Numbered from the stretch's first letter, positions 18,106 to 26,953 are shown. The stretch: 64,000 bases of DNA from a candidate division FCPU426 bacterium (GCA_963840035.1 CAWIXE010000001.1:768001-832000); one strand, 5' to 3'. Translations and numbers: made by a program. Notes: generated by a model not told the origin, from the letters alone.

Positions 18106-18685
18106 GCGTTCGAAGGGTGGGGTTCGGGGTTAGGAGTTCGAGCGAAGGCAGGGACTGAAGGTAAAGCGTTCGGAGGGTGGAGTTCGGGGTTCGGAGTTCG
18201 GGCGAGAGCAGGGCTTGAAGGAGAGTCGTTCGGAGGTAAAATATAGGGGGGAGCCATGAAACAGTATAGTTCAAACCGCGATTTTGAAGTTGTTTTTAAG
18301 AAAAGGACTAAAAGTTTTGGAATTGCTGTTATAAAAATGTTGGAAGACCTTCCTTATAAAAAATCCACCGCTATTATAAGCAATCAGCTTATGCGCAGCG
18401 CTTCTGCGGTAGGGTCCGGTTATAGGGCTGCTTGCAGGGCAAAAACAATTAAGGATTTTATATATAAACTTACAATTGTTGAAGAGGAATCAGACGAATC
18501 CTTATACTGGATTGAAATGCTTGAAGAACTTGGGACAATAAACGCGGATGTTTCAGATAAATTAAAAGACGAAATTAAGCAGATTTTGGCCATAACAGTA
18601 TCGGCAATAAGAAATACCAAGCATAAACAGGAAGGATTTGCAGTTAAGTCTGAACTTCGAACCCCGAACTCCGAACCCCGAACGC
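18106..18685. mobile_element. Candidate element: four-helix-bundle gene between inverted GG(A/G)GTTC / GAAC(T/C)CC heptamer arms
   Basis: Left arm GCGTTCG..GGAGTTCGGGGTTCGGAGTTCG (tandemly duplicated ~60-bp unit); right arm GAACTTCGAACCCCGAACTCCGAACCCCGAACGC; empty copy at 22882; mobility is inferred. Confidence 0.55.
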
Positions 18686-18699
18686 TTTCAGAGGTGTAA
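18256..18699 (+). CDS. Four-helix-bundle protein (TIGR02436 / IVP-like); C-terminus reads through the repeat arm
   Basis: KRTKSFGI..NQLMRSASAVGSGYRAACRAKT..DFIYKLTIVEEESDESLYWIEML. Confidence 0.9.
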   Translation: MKQYSSNRDFEVVFKKRTKSFGIAVIKMLEDLPYKKSTAIISNQLMRSASAVGSGYRAACRAKTIKDFIYKLTIVEEESDESLYWIEMLEELGTINADVSDKLKDEIKQILAITVSAIRNTKHKQEGFAVKSELRTPNSEPRTLSEV

Positions 18700-18701
18700 A
18701 T

Positions 18702-19031
18702 TTGATAATAACCAACGAGGAAAAGATAGTTTTAATAACCATTGTCATTGCAGCTGTTGTCGGGCTGGCAATAAATTTCCTTTTTTCATACAATAATAAA
18801 ATTCAGATAAAAGCGGCCGCATCCGAACGCCTGCTTGTCAATTTAAACACCGCTTCCATGGAGGATTTTGACAAACTGCCGGGCATCGGCAGGATATATG
18901 CCGAGAGAATCATAAAAGACAGGGAAAAGAACGGGCCTTTCAGGAGCGTTGAAGGGGTGACGCGCGTTAAGGGCATAACTAAGAGAAAATTTGAGCAGAT
19001 GAAAAGATATCTGATCGTTACGGAAGAATAA
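18702..19031 (+). CDS. comEA: ComEA-family helix-hairpin-helix DNA-binding protein
   Basis: VNLNTAS..LPGIG..GPFRSVE..VKGI; N-terminal TM segment; adjacent to comEC. Confidence 0.85.
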   Translation: MIITNEEKIVLITIVIAAVVGLAINFLFSYNNKIQIKAAASERLLVNLNTASMEDFDKLPGIGRIYAERIIKDREKNGPFRSVEGVTRVKGITKRKFEQMKRYLIVTEE

Positions 19032-19039
19032 TCTAATTT

Positions 19040-21187
19040 ATGAACCGCCCAATACTCTTTGTCACCGCCTCCTTAATGCTTGGCATCGCGGCGGCGCAGA
19101 TGCTCAACATCCATTACTCCTCGGCAATACTGGCGGCGGTACTCATCGCCGGCACTTACCGTTTATTTATCAAACGCGACGACAAGTTCATGTGGCTGCT
19201 TTTTGCCTGCCTCGGCATGCTGCTTTTTTCATTTCAGAATTCATACTTTGCGCCCAACAACCTGAAGAACTTTAAAAACCCTGAAGCCATAAAATCCATA
19301 ACGGCATCTGTCATATCCGACCCCGAATCAAACGGGGAGAGGGCGTACTTCTACGCTGAAGTCATATCACTGCGGGGAAAAGAAGGGGATTTTGAGAATG
19401 TTGACGGGAAAATCAGGGTCACGCTGGAGAAGAGCCTGGGCTTTATCCCGGAATACGGGGATGTGGTTGTCATTAAAGGAAAACTGCGCGCGCCTGAAGG
19501 GCCGAAAAATCCCGGGGAATTTGATTATCAAAAATACCTGGCGTTAAAGCAGGTCTATTATACCGTATATGCAAAGGACTCCGCGTGCGAAAAAACCGGG
19601 GCAAACAGGGGAAACTGGTTTTTCAGGATGTCATATAAGGCGAAGGAAAGGCTTGTTTCATTAATTTACAGCAGCCTTCCTGAAACCGAGGCTAAAATAC
19701 TCGACGGGCTTATGCTCGGCAACCAGCGCGCCATACCTGATGATACATATGATAAATTCAAGATTACAGGCACGGTGCACATACTCGCGGTCTCAGGCAT
19801 GAACGTGGGGCTGATAGCGTTTTTTGTATTCCTGCTGCTTAAGCTCCTGAAGGTTAACAGGAAAATTTGCGCCTTAATAACAATAATACTCATCACGGGT
19901 TTCATGATAATAACAGGCGCGGGCGCGTCCATAATCAGGGCTACAATCATGTCGTATTTTATCCTCTTTGGAATCATCATTGAGCGCGATGTGGATGTTT
20001 ACAGCTCCCTCTCGGCCGCGGCCCTGCTTATACTTCTTTTTAACCCTTCGGACCTGTTTGACGCGGGTTTTCAGATGTCGTTTCTGGCAACAGCGGGGAT
20101 AGTATATTTCATGGAATGGGCAAATACGTTTTTTCCAAAAATGCCGGAGTGGATAAGGCTGACGCTTGTGACAACCCTGTCCGCGCAGATATTTTTAACG
20201 CCTGTCATGATAAATACATTCCACCAGTTATCTTTAATATCGGTACTGGCAAACATGGTCATAGTGCCTTTATCAGGCACCATATCAATTATCGGTTACG
20301 CCATGTGGCTGTTTGGGCTGGTATCAGCGGCGGCCGCGAAAATATTCGGCGCTTCCATATGGGTTCTGGTAAAGCTTATGATGCTCATTGTTGACGGCAT
20401 GGTTTTGGTGCCCTACGCTGCCATTTCAATAAAAACACTGCCGTGGTTGTTTACGGCAGCCTATTACATGTTATTTATGTCCCTGCCACACAGGGACGTG
20501 GAGGTAAAGGTAAGGGGAATAAGCCTGAAATATGTGTTATGCGGGGTGTTGTGTTTTTGGTTTGTGCTGCATGTTGCGGTTCCGGCAAAAGCGGCCCTGT
20601 ATTGCCCTTCCACGAAGGGGATAAACGCTGTTTTTATCCAGACGAAAGACAACAAAAAGATACTGCTTCTGGCAAACGACAGCTTCAGGTCTAAAACCGC
20701 CGTGAAGAATTCCGTAGTGCCTTTTTTAAGGAACCTTGGCATAAATAATATCGACACTTTAATAACATACGCTTTAACAGAAAAAGGCAATGCGGACGCG
20801 CTTATGCGTAACTTCAGGGTAAAGTCTGTTTACGCGGACAGGGCATCGTCGGGGCCGTTCAAAAACCCCGGCCTGATAGAAGGCGAGTTTTATTTTAAGG
20901 AAGGGAAAGGCACGTTCATAAACCTGAATCAGGACAGGGCGGATATAACATCGGGTGAAAGTGAGTTTGTTTTTGTAAAAAACACCGACCCGGACGCGCT
21001 TAAGCGGCAGGGGACAACTGTTTACCTCTGCGGATATGACGCAGACACCGCGGTGAAATTCGCTGAAAATAACATGTGCGTGGTAAATTCGGATAATTCG
21101 GGAATGTTCCGCAGGCCAAAAACGGCGGAAATCCGGAACGTATGGGATACGGCGGAAAGCGGGTTATTTTATAAGCCGCTTAAATGA
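19040..21187 (+). CDS. comEC: ComEC/Rec2 competence channel
   Basis: NPGEFDY, GTVHILAVSGMNV, GFQMSFLAT motifs. Confidence 0.92.
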   Translation: MNRPILFVTASLMLGIAAAQMLNIHYSSAILAAVLIAGTYRLFIKRDDKFMWLLFACLGMLLFSFQNSYFAPNNLKNFKNPEAIKSITASVISDPESNGERAYFYAEVISLRGKEGDFENVDGKIRVTLEKSLGFIPEYGDVVVIKGKLRAPEGPKNPGEFDYQKYLALKQVYYTVYAKDSACEKTGANRGNWFFRMSYKAKERLVSLIYSSLPETEAKILDGLMLGNQRAIPDDTYDKFKITGTVHILAVSGMNVGLIAFFVFLLLKLLKVNRKICALITIILITGFMIITGAGASIIRATIMSYFILFGIIIERDVDVYSSLSAAALLILLFNPSDLFDAGFQMSFLATAGIVYFMEWANTFFPKMPEWIRLTLVTTLSAQIFLTPVMINTFHQLSLISVLANMVIVPLSGTISIIGYAMWLFGLVSAAAAKIFGASIWVLVKLMMLIVDGMVLVPYAAISIKTLPWLFTAAYYMLFMSLPHRDVEVKVRGISLKYVLCGVLCFWFVLHVAVPAKAALYCPSTKGINAVFIQTKDNKKILLLANDSFRSKTAVKNSVVPFLRNLGINNIDTLITYALTEKGNADALMRNFRVKSVYADRASSGPFKNPGLIEGEFYFKEGKGTFINLNQDRADITSGESEFVFVKNTDPDALKRQGTTVYLCGYDADTAVKFAENNMCVVNSDNSGMFRRPKTAEIRNVWDTAESGLFYKPLK

Positions 21188-21282
21188 ACAGCCCGCGGGA
21201 AGTGCAGTTCATGAAAATAGGGGAAACTGTGTCTATTTTGCGCCGTTTCTGTTATAATTCAAAAAAAATAAAGGAGAATAAG

Positions 21283-21981
21283 ATGAAAAAATTTTTAATC
21301 CTTATGGTAATTTCCATGGCCCTGTTTTTTGCATCATGCAGCAATGACTGCAAGAATTGCCCCACATGCCCGGCGGAACAAAACGACATCCTGGTGATGG
21401 AGTTCCAGAACGGGGTCTGGCCGAACGCTCTATACGCGGGCTGCGAAGACACCATGATAAGCTCTTTAAACACAGGGACAAATTACAGCGCCAGTACTTC
21501 AATGTATTTTGGACAGAACGGCTCCGGAGTAACCCAGAGGGCGCTTATTAATTTTGACATATCGGCTATTGCGCCGCTAAACGCCGTGATAGTAAAAGCA
21601 TATCTGACGCTGAGGCATGCCGGATATACTTCATATGTTGATAAGTACACGGCAAATGTGCCTTCATCCGTATGGATGACCGGTTTTGCGACATGGATTA
21701 ACCGGTTATCTGCCAGTGCGTGGGCGACACCCGGGGGTATTTCCGCGCCGGCAGTACCGGCAAGCGACGAAGTACTGCCAAATTCAACCAGCGATTACAT
21801 AATTTTTGCCCTTGATACAAGCGTTGTCCAGGGTTGGCTGGCCTCGCCATACCTCTCCAGGGGGGTAGTCATGAAATCCGCGGTGGAAGACGGAAACGAC
21901 CACATGATGTACGCGTACAGCAGTGATCACGCGACACCGGCATATAGGCCGAAACTGACGGTATATTACAGGCTGCCATGA
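21283..21981 (+). CDS. Lipoprotein with DNRLRE-like domain
   Basis: Lipobox FASC; YAGCEDT..RALINFDI..WATPGG..RPKLTVYY; paralog of 16658. Confidence 0.75.
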   Translation: MKKFLILMVISMALFFASCSNDCKNCPTCPAEQNDILVMEFQNGVWPNALYAGCEDTMISSLNTGTNYSASTSMYFGQNGSGVTQRALINFDISAIAPLNAVIVKAYLTLRHAGYTSYVDKYTANVPSSVWMTGFATWINRLSASAWATPGGISAPAVPASDEVLPNSTSDYIIFALDTSVVQGWLASPYLSRGVVMKSAVEDGNDHMMYAYSSDHATPAYRPKLTVYYRLP

Positions 21982-22010
21982 TAAAGCGGCAGAACCTGCA
22001 ATAAAGCTCA

Positions 22011-22042
22011 TAAAAAGGCGGGCTAAAAAGCCCGCCTTTTTA
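22011..22042. terminator. Bidirectional-type intrinsic terminator
   Basis: TAAAAAGGCGGGCT-AAAA-AGCCCGCCTTTTTA. Confidence 0.85.
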
Positions 22043-22144
22043 TTTATTAAGCGCTTCAGCCTTTAAAAACAGCTTATTTTCGTATTGAAAACATCGGGCC
22101 TTCTATATTATAATAATACATTAAACCATACAGGAGGAATCAGG

Positions 22145-22876
22145 ATGAAAGGCATTATACTCGCCGGAGGGTTAGGGACAAGGCTTCACCCGCTTACAAG
22201 GATAACAAACAAGCATCTGCTTCCCGTTTATGACAAGCCAATGATTTATTACCCCATACAGATGCTAATTAACGCCGGGATAAAAGATATAATGATAATA
22301 ACCGGCGGTACAAATTCAGGGGATTTTTTAAGGCTGCTGGGCAATGGCAAGGAATTCGGGCTTTCCCACCTGCACTACGGGTACCAGGAAGGCGAAGGCG
22401 GCATCGCTGACGCCCTCAAACTGTGCGAGGATTTTGTGGGCAATGACAAGATGATAGTCGTTCTGGGGGATAATATAATTGAAAGGACCATAAAGATCCC
22501 TGCGGCTGAATTTAAGAAACAGAAAAGAGGCGCTAAAATAATTCTCAAGGAAGTTGACAACCCCTCCGAATACGGCATCGCGGAAGTCTCCGGCGGAAAG
22601 ATAACAAAAATAATTGAAAAGCCCAAGGACCCAAAAAGCAACCTCGCGGTCATCGGCGTTTATTTTTATCCAAACGACGTTTTCAGGATAATAAAGACCT
22701 TAAAGCCTTCCAAAAGGGGCGAACTTGAAATAACGGATGTTAATAACGCGTATCTCAGGAAAAAGCAGCTGACTTATAACGTTCTGGACGGATGGTGGAA
22801 GGATGCCGGAGAGTCAAAGGAAGCGCTGCTGGAAACAAATGTTTTTGTGAAGGAACAAGGGGCGAATAAAATATAA
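22145..22876 (+). CDS. rmlA: Glucose-1-phosphate thymidylyltransferase (short form)
   Basis: GIILAGGLGTRL, KHLLPVYDKPMI, RGELEITD. Confidence 0.9.
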   Translation: MKGIILAGGLGTRLHPLTRITNKHLLPVYDKPMIYYPIQMLINAGIKDIMIITGGTNSGDFLRLLGNGKEFGLSHLHYGYQEGEGGIADALKLCEDFVGNDKMIVVLGDNIIERTIKIPAAEFKKQKRGAKIILKEVDNPSEYGIAEVSGGKITKIIEKPKDPKSNLAVIGVYFYPNDVFRIIKTLKPSKRGELEITDVNNAYLRKKQLTYNVLDGWWKDAGESKEALLETNVFVKEQGANKI

Positions 22877-22881
22877 TAATA

Positions 22882-22966
22882 CGTTCGGAGTTATGGGTTC
22901 GGAGTTCGGAGTTGAACAGGCAGAGCCTCGTTTGAACTCCGAACCCCGAACTTCACCCTTCGAACG
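22882..22966. repeat. Gene-less copy of the GGAGTTC heptamer inverted-arm element
   Basis: CGTTCGGAGTT..GGAGTTCGGAGTT / AACTCCGAACCCCGAACTTCACCCTTCGAACG; right arm closely matches the reverse complement of 18107. Confidence 0.88.
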
Positions 22967-22980
22967 AAAATGGAGGAGTC

Positions 22981-23436
22981 ATGATTTCAGGCGTTAAAAC
23001 GAAGAAACTTAACCCCATTCCCGATGAGCGGGGCAGGCTTATGGAAATGATACGCAAAGACGACGACATATTCCTGAAGTTCGGGCAGATGTACATGACC
23101 ACTGTGAACCCGGGGGCTGTCAAGGCGTGGCACTACCACAAAATACAGCTGGATACTTTTGTGGTGGTAAAAGGCATGCTGAAGCTGGTTCTTTATGACA
23201 ACAGGCCCAAGTCAAAGACGTACGGGGAAATAAATGAATTTTTCATAGGAGAACACAATAACACGGCAGTACAGATACCCAGCAATGTATATCACGGCTT
23301 TAAAGGCATAGCCGAGACGGAAACTATAGTAATAAACGTACCGACAGAGACCTATAACCCGAAAAAACCGGACGAGTACAGGCTGCCGGCGCATACAAAG
23401 GAAATACCGTACGAGTGGGGACGCAAGGACAGATAA
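22981..23436 (+). CDS. rmlC: dTDP-4-dehydrorhamnose 3,5-epimerase family protein
   Basis: DERG, KAWHYH, YHGF cupin motifs; operon context. Confidence 0.85.
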   Translation: MISGVKTKKLNPIPDERGRLMEMIRKDDDIFLKFGQMYMTTVNPGAVKAWHYHKIQLDTFVVVKGMLKLVLYDNRPKSKTYGEINEFFIGEHNNTAVQIPSNVYHGFKGIAETETIVINVPTETYNPKKPDEYRLPAHTKEIPYEWGRKDR

Positions 23437-23440
23437 GGAA

Positions 23441-23514
23441 AATCCAAAGTTCAGAGCCCAAAGCCCAAAGGGGCACGAAGTTCCCTTGGGATATGGGCTA
23501 TGGGCTTTGGAATT
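23441..23514. repeat. CCCAAAG / CT(A/T)TGGG heptamer inverted-arm element
   Basis: TCCAAAG TTCAGAG CCCAAAG CCCAAAG ... CTTGGG ATATGGG CTATGGG CTTTGGA. Confidence 0.8.
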
Positions 23515-23532
23515 ATACTTGGAGGTTTTTAA

Positions 23533-24528
23533 GTGAGGATACTTGTAACAGGCGGGGCGGGTTTTATCGGGTCTAATTTTGTGGAGTACATGCTTTCAAA
23601 ATATCCGGCTTATAAAATAACCGTATTTGACGCCATGACATACGCTTCAAACCCGGAGACTGTCAATAAATTCAGGAAGAATAAGAACTTTGCATTCATT
23701 AAGGGCGACATATGCTCGATGAAGCAGGTTGTGAAAGCCGTAAAATCCATGGACGTGGTGGTTAATTTCGCGGCGGAATCCCACGTGGACAGGTCCATAA
23801 TGGGGCCCGAGGCTTTTATAGAGACAAACATAAAAGGGACATTTAACATGCTGGAGGCGTCAAGGCACGCCGGGATAAAAAAATTCCTGCAGATATCCAC
23901 CGATGAGGTTTACGGCAGCGTTAAAGCGGGTAAGTCAAAGGAAGGCGACATACTCGACCCGACAAGCCCGTATTCCTCGTCAAAGGCCGCTGCAGACCTC
24001 GTGGCGCTTTCATATTTCAAGACTTTTGGGATGCCGGTTGTGATATCCCGCAGCTCAAATAATTTCGGGCCATACCAGCACCCGGAAAAGTTCATACCGC
24101 TTTTCATAACAAGGACAGTTGAGGGCGAAGGCCTGCCGCTTTACGGTGACGGGAAGAACGTCAGGAACTGGATATACGTGGAAGACAACTGCTCGGGGCT
24201 CGACGCCATTGTCCATAAGGGAAAACCGGGCGAGATTTATAATGTGGGCGGCAATGTCGAAGTAAAGAATATCGACGTGGCACGCGCCATAGTGGAAGCC
24301 TTAGGGCAGAAAGAATCTTTGATCAAACCGGTAAAAGACAGGCTCGCGCACGACAGGCGCTATGCCCTTTCCTCCAATAAACTCAAGAAACTCGGGTGGA
24401 AGCCTAAGTACTCATTTACCCACGGGCTTGCCGAAACCATAAAGTGGTATACGGATAATATGGAATGGTGGGAATGCTTAAAAAATGACGGATACAAGAA
24501 ATATTATAAGAAAAATTATAAGAAGTAA
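23533..24528 (+). CDS. rmlB: dTDP-glucose 4,6-dehydratase
   Basis: TGGAGFIG, AAESHVDRSI, STDEVYG, YSSSK, HDRRY. Confidence 0.96.
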   Translation: MRILVTGGAGFIGSNFVEYMLSKYPAYKITVFDAMTYASNPETVNKFRKNKNFAFIKGDICSMKQVVKAVKSMDVVVNFAAESHVDRSIMGPEAFIETNIKGTFNMLEASRHAGIKKFLQISTDEVYGSVKAGKSKEGDILDPTSPYSSSKAAADLVALSYFKTFGMPVVISRSSNNFGPYQHPEKFIPLFITRTVEGEGLPLYGDGKNVRNWIYVEDNCSGLDAIVHKGKPGEIYNVGGNVEVKNIDVARAIVEALGQKESLIKPVKDRLAHDRRYALSSNKLKKLGWKPKYSFTHGLAETIKWYTDNMEWWECLKNDGYKKYYKKNYKK

Positions 24529-24529
24529 A

Positions 24530-24832
24530 CCTTAACCCTTATCCTTAATTCTTATCCTTAGCTCTTGGATCTTAGATCTACAAGCTGAGGATAAGGGTGA
24601 GGGTTAAGGGTTAAGGAAAAGCATCAGACAGGGCTACAGGCTTAGGATAAGGGTAAGGGTTAAGGAAAAGCATCAGACAGGGCTACAGGCTGAGGATAAG
24701 GGTGAGGGTTAAGGGTTAAGGAAAAGCATCAGACAGGGCTACAGGCTGAGGATAAGGGTAAGGGTTAAGGGTTAAGGAAAAGCATTAGACAGGGCTACAG
24801 GTATCGCATAAGGGTAAGGAGTAGGGGTTAAG
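24530..24832. repeat. TAAGGG/TTAAGG inverted-arm element with the right arm amplified as 49-56-bp tandem units
   Basis: Left CCTTAACCCTTATCC..; four units ending GAAAAGCAT(C/T)AGACAGGG plus a partial fifth. Confidence 0.9.
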
Positions 24833-24859
24833 GAGGAAGAAAAAAATGGAGGGAATCGT

Positions 24860-25705
24860 ATGAAAGTAATGATACTCGGGGCTACCGGACTTTTAGGTTC
24901 TGATATAGTCAAGGAATGCGGGAGCGATTTTGAGGTTGTAAGCGCGGGCAGCGCTGACGCGGATATAACAGACCAGGAAGCCATTTATAATTATGTAAAA
25001 GCGCACAAACCTGATGTGGTTATTAACAGCGCGGCCCTGACAGACGTGGACAAATGCGAGGAAAATCCGGACATGGCTTACAGGATTAACGCTATGGGGC
25101 CGAAAAATGTGGCAATGGCGTGTAGGGATTTTAACGCCAAGCTTATACACTTATCCACCGACTATGTTTTTGACGGGAAAAAGGGAGAGCCTTACACTGA
25201 GTTTGACACGGTAAACCCGATAAGCGTATACGGAAAATCCAAAGTTGCCGGCGAGCAGTTCGTGCAGGCCGCCATGAATAAATTCATGATCATAAGGACG
25301 GCCTGGATATTCGGCCCTAAAAGGCGCCACTTTGTGGACTATGTCATAGACGCCATAAACAAGGGCGAAGAGATTATCGCGGTAAAGGACATGGTGTCTT
25401 CGCCCACCCTATCACAGGACCTGGCGGAAACCATAAAAAAACTTATTCCCATGAACCAGCTCGGCATTTTCCACATAGCAAACAAGGGCTACTGCTCGCG
25501 CGTGGAAATGGTGGAAGAGATAATGAAGATAATGAGGAAACAGACGCGCGTGCAGGTACTGAGCCAGAGCCAGTGGAAAAGGCCCGCGGCTAGGCCGCAT
25601 TTCTCAGCTCTTAAGAACTACCACCTGTCGCTTATTAACGAGGATGTAATGGCGGGCTGGCGCGACGCGCTGAAGCGGTATATAAAGTACAAATATCAGG
25701 CGTAA
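24860..25705 (+). CDS. rmlD: dTDP-4-dehydrorhamnose reductase
   Basis: GATGLLG, STDYVFDG, YGKSK, RPHFSAL. Confidence 0.95.
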   Translation: MKVMILGATGLLGSDIVKECGSDFEVVSAGSADADITDQEAIYNYVKAHKPDVVINSAALTDVDKCEENPDMAYRINAMGPKNVAMACRDFNAKLIHLSTDYVFDGKKGEPYTEFDTVNPISVYGKSKVAGEQFVQAAMNKFMIIRTAWIFGPKRRHFVDYVIDAINKGEEIIAVKDMVSSPTLSQDLAETIKKLIPMNQLGIFHIANKGYCSRVEMVEEIMKIMRKQTRVQVLSQSQWKRPAARPHFSALKNYHLSLINEDVMAGWRDALKRYIKYKYQA

Positions 25706-25708
25706 GAT

Positions 25709-25793
25709 ATTTAAAAAGTTAAATTTAAAATTTGAAAATGAAAAACAAAGGTTTTGCTCTCAATTTTAAATTTCAAATTTTAATTTTTAAATT
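25709..25793. repeat. Gene-less copy of the AT-heptamer element that flanks four-helix gene 1
   Basis: Begins ATTTAAAAAGTTAAATTT exactly as at 12630; right arm begins TCAATTTTAAATTT as at 13102. Confidence 0.82.
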
Positions 25794-25808
25794 GCCACAG
25801 GAGGTATT

Positions 25809-26837
25809 ATGAAAGCACTTGTCATAGGCGGAGCGGGTTTTATCGGGGCTAACCTCGCGGACAGGCTGGCGAAAAAGGGTGATGAGGTATGGGTATTTGA
25901 TAACCTTTCACGCAGGGGTACTGCATGGAACCTGAAATGGCTTCAGAAAAACCATAAAAACGTGAAATTCGTAAAAGGCGACGTCAGGAAATATTCCGAT
26001 TTAAAGAACCTTTTTAACAGGAACAAAGACTTTGACGCCGTGTTCCACCTTGCCGCGCAGGTTGCCGTAACCACATCGGTCACAAACCCACGGGAAGATT
26101 TTGACATAAACGCGCTGGGTACATTTAACGTGTTAGAAGCCATCAGGGAATCAAAATCAAATCCGGCAATTCTTTACTCGTCCACAAACAAAGTGTACGG
26201 CGGCATGACTGACATTAAGATAATAAAAAAGAACGGCAGGTACTCGTACAAAGGGCTTCCAAAAGGCATATCAGAGGAGAGGATACTTGATTTCCACTCG
26301 CCATATGGCTGCTCAAAAGGCACTGCAGACCAGTACATGATAGATTATTCCAGGATATACGGTTTGAAAACGGTTGTCTTCAGGCAGTCGTGCATATACG
26401 GCTACAGGCAGTTTGGCATAGAGGACCAGGGCTGGGTGGCTTGGTTTACCATCGCCACCATGCTGGATAAAAACTTAACCATTTACGGCGACGGCATGCA
26501 GGTGCGCGACGTGCTTTTTATAGAAGACCTGCTTGACGCTTATGAGCTGGCAATTAAGAATATTGATAAGGTAAAAGGACAGGCGTTTAACGTGGGCGGC
26601 GGGCAGAAAAATACCATGTCGCTGCTGGAACTCATCAAATTCCTCGAAAAATTCTTCGGGAAGAAAATACCCTTAAAGTTCGCCGACTGGCGTCCGGGCG
26701 ACCAGCCTGTGTTTGTGTGCGACATAACAAAGGCAGGAAAAAAGCTGGGTTGGAAGCCGAAGACCTCGCCGGAAGCCGGAGTTAAAAAATTATATGAATG
26801 GGTTAAAGATAATAAGGATTTATTCAAAGACCTGTAA
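25809..26837 (+). CDS. NAD-dependent nucleotide-sugar epimerase (CDP-tyvelose 2-epimerase-like)
   Basis: GGAGFIG, AAQVAVTTS, STNKVYG, SPYGCSK, DQGWVAWF. Confidence 0.88.
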   Translation: MKALVIGGAGFIGANLADRLAKKGDEVWVFDNLSRRGTAWNLKWLQKNHKNVKFVKGDVRKYSDLKNLFNRNKDFDAVFHLAAQVAVTTSVTNPREDFDINALGTFNVLEAIRESKSNPAILYSSTNKVYGGMTDIKIIKKNGRYSYKGLPKGISEERILDFHSPYGCSKGTADQYMIDYSRIYGLKTVVFRQSCIYGYRQFGIEDQGWVAWFTIATMLDKNLTIYGDGMQVRDVLFIEDLLDAYELAIKNIDKVKGQAFNVGGGQKNTMSLLELIKFLEKFFGKKIPLKFADWRPGDQPVFVCDITKAGKKLGWKPKTSPEAGVKKLYEWVKDNKDLFKDL

Positions 26838-26841
26838 CAAC

Positions 26842-26944
26842 AATTTTCAATTTTATATTTTAAATTTTCAATTATTGACAGGCCATACTGTGTTAAAAGC
26901 GCGTTGAAGATTTAATTTAAAATTGAAAATTTAAAATTGAAAAT
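26842..26944. repeat. AT-heptamer inverted-arm element with an unrelated core
   Basis: TTTTCAA TTTTATA TTTTAAA TTTTCAA ... TTTAAAA TTGAAAA TTTAAAA TTGAAAA. Confidence 0.8.
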
Positions 26945-26953
26945 CAGGTGTTC

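Noticed and set aside
17915..18274. Minus-strand ORFs with ELRTPN repeats
   Set aside because: They are translations of the heptamer repeat arm.
12720..18699. Diversity-generating retroelement (four-helix proteins as Avd)
   Set aside because: No reverse transcriptase and no TR/VR pair differing at adenines is visible in the window.
24578..24832. CRISPR array
   Set aside because: The sequence between the constant segments is itself repeated, so there are no unique spacers, and no cas genes are present.
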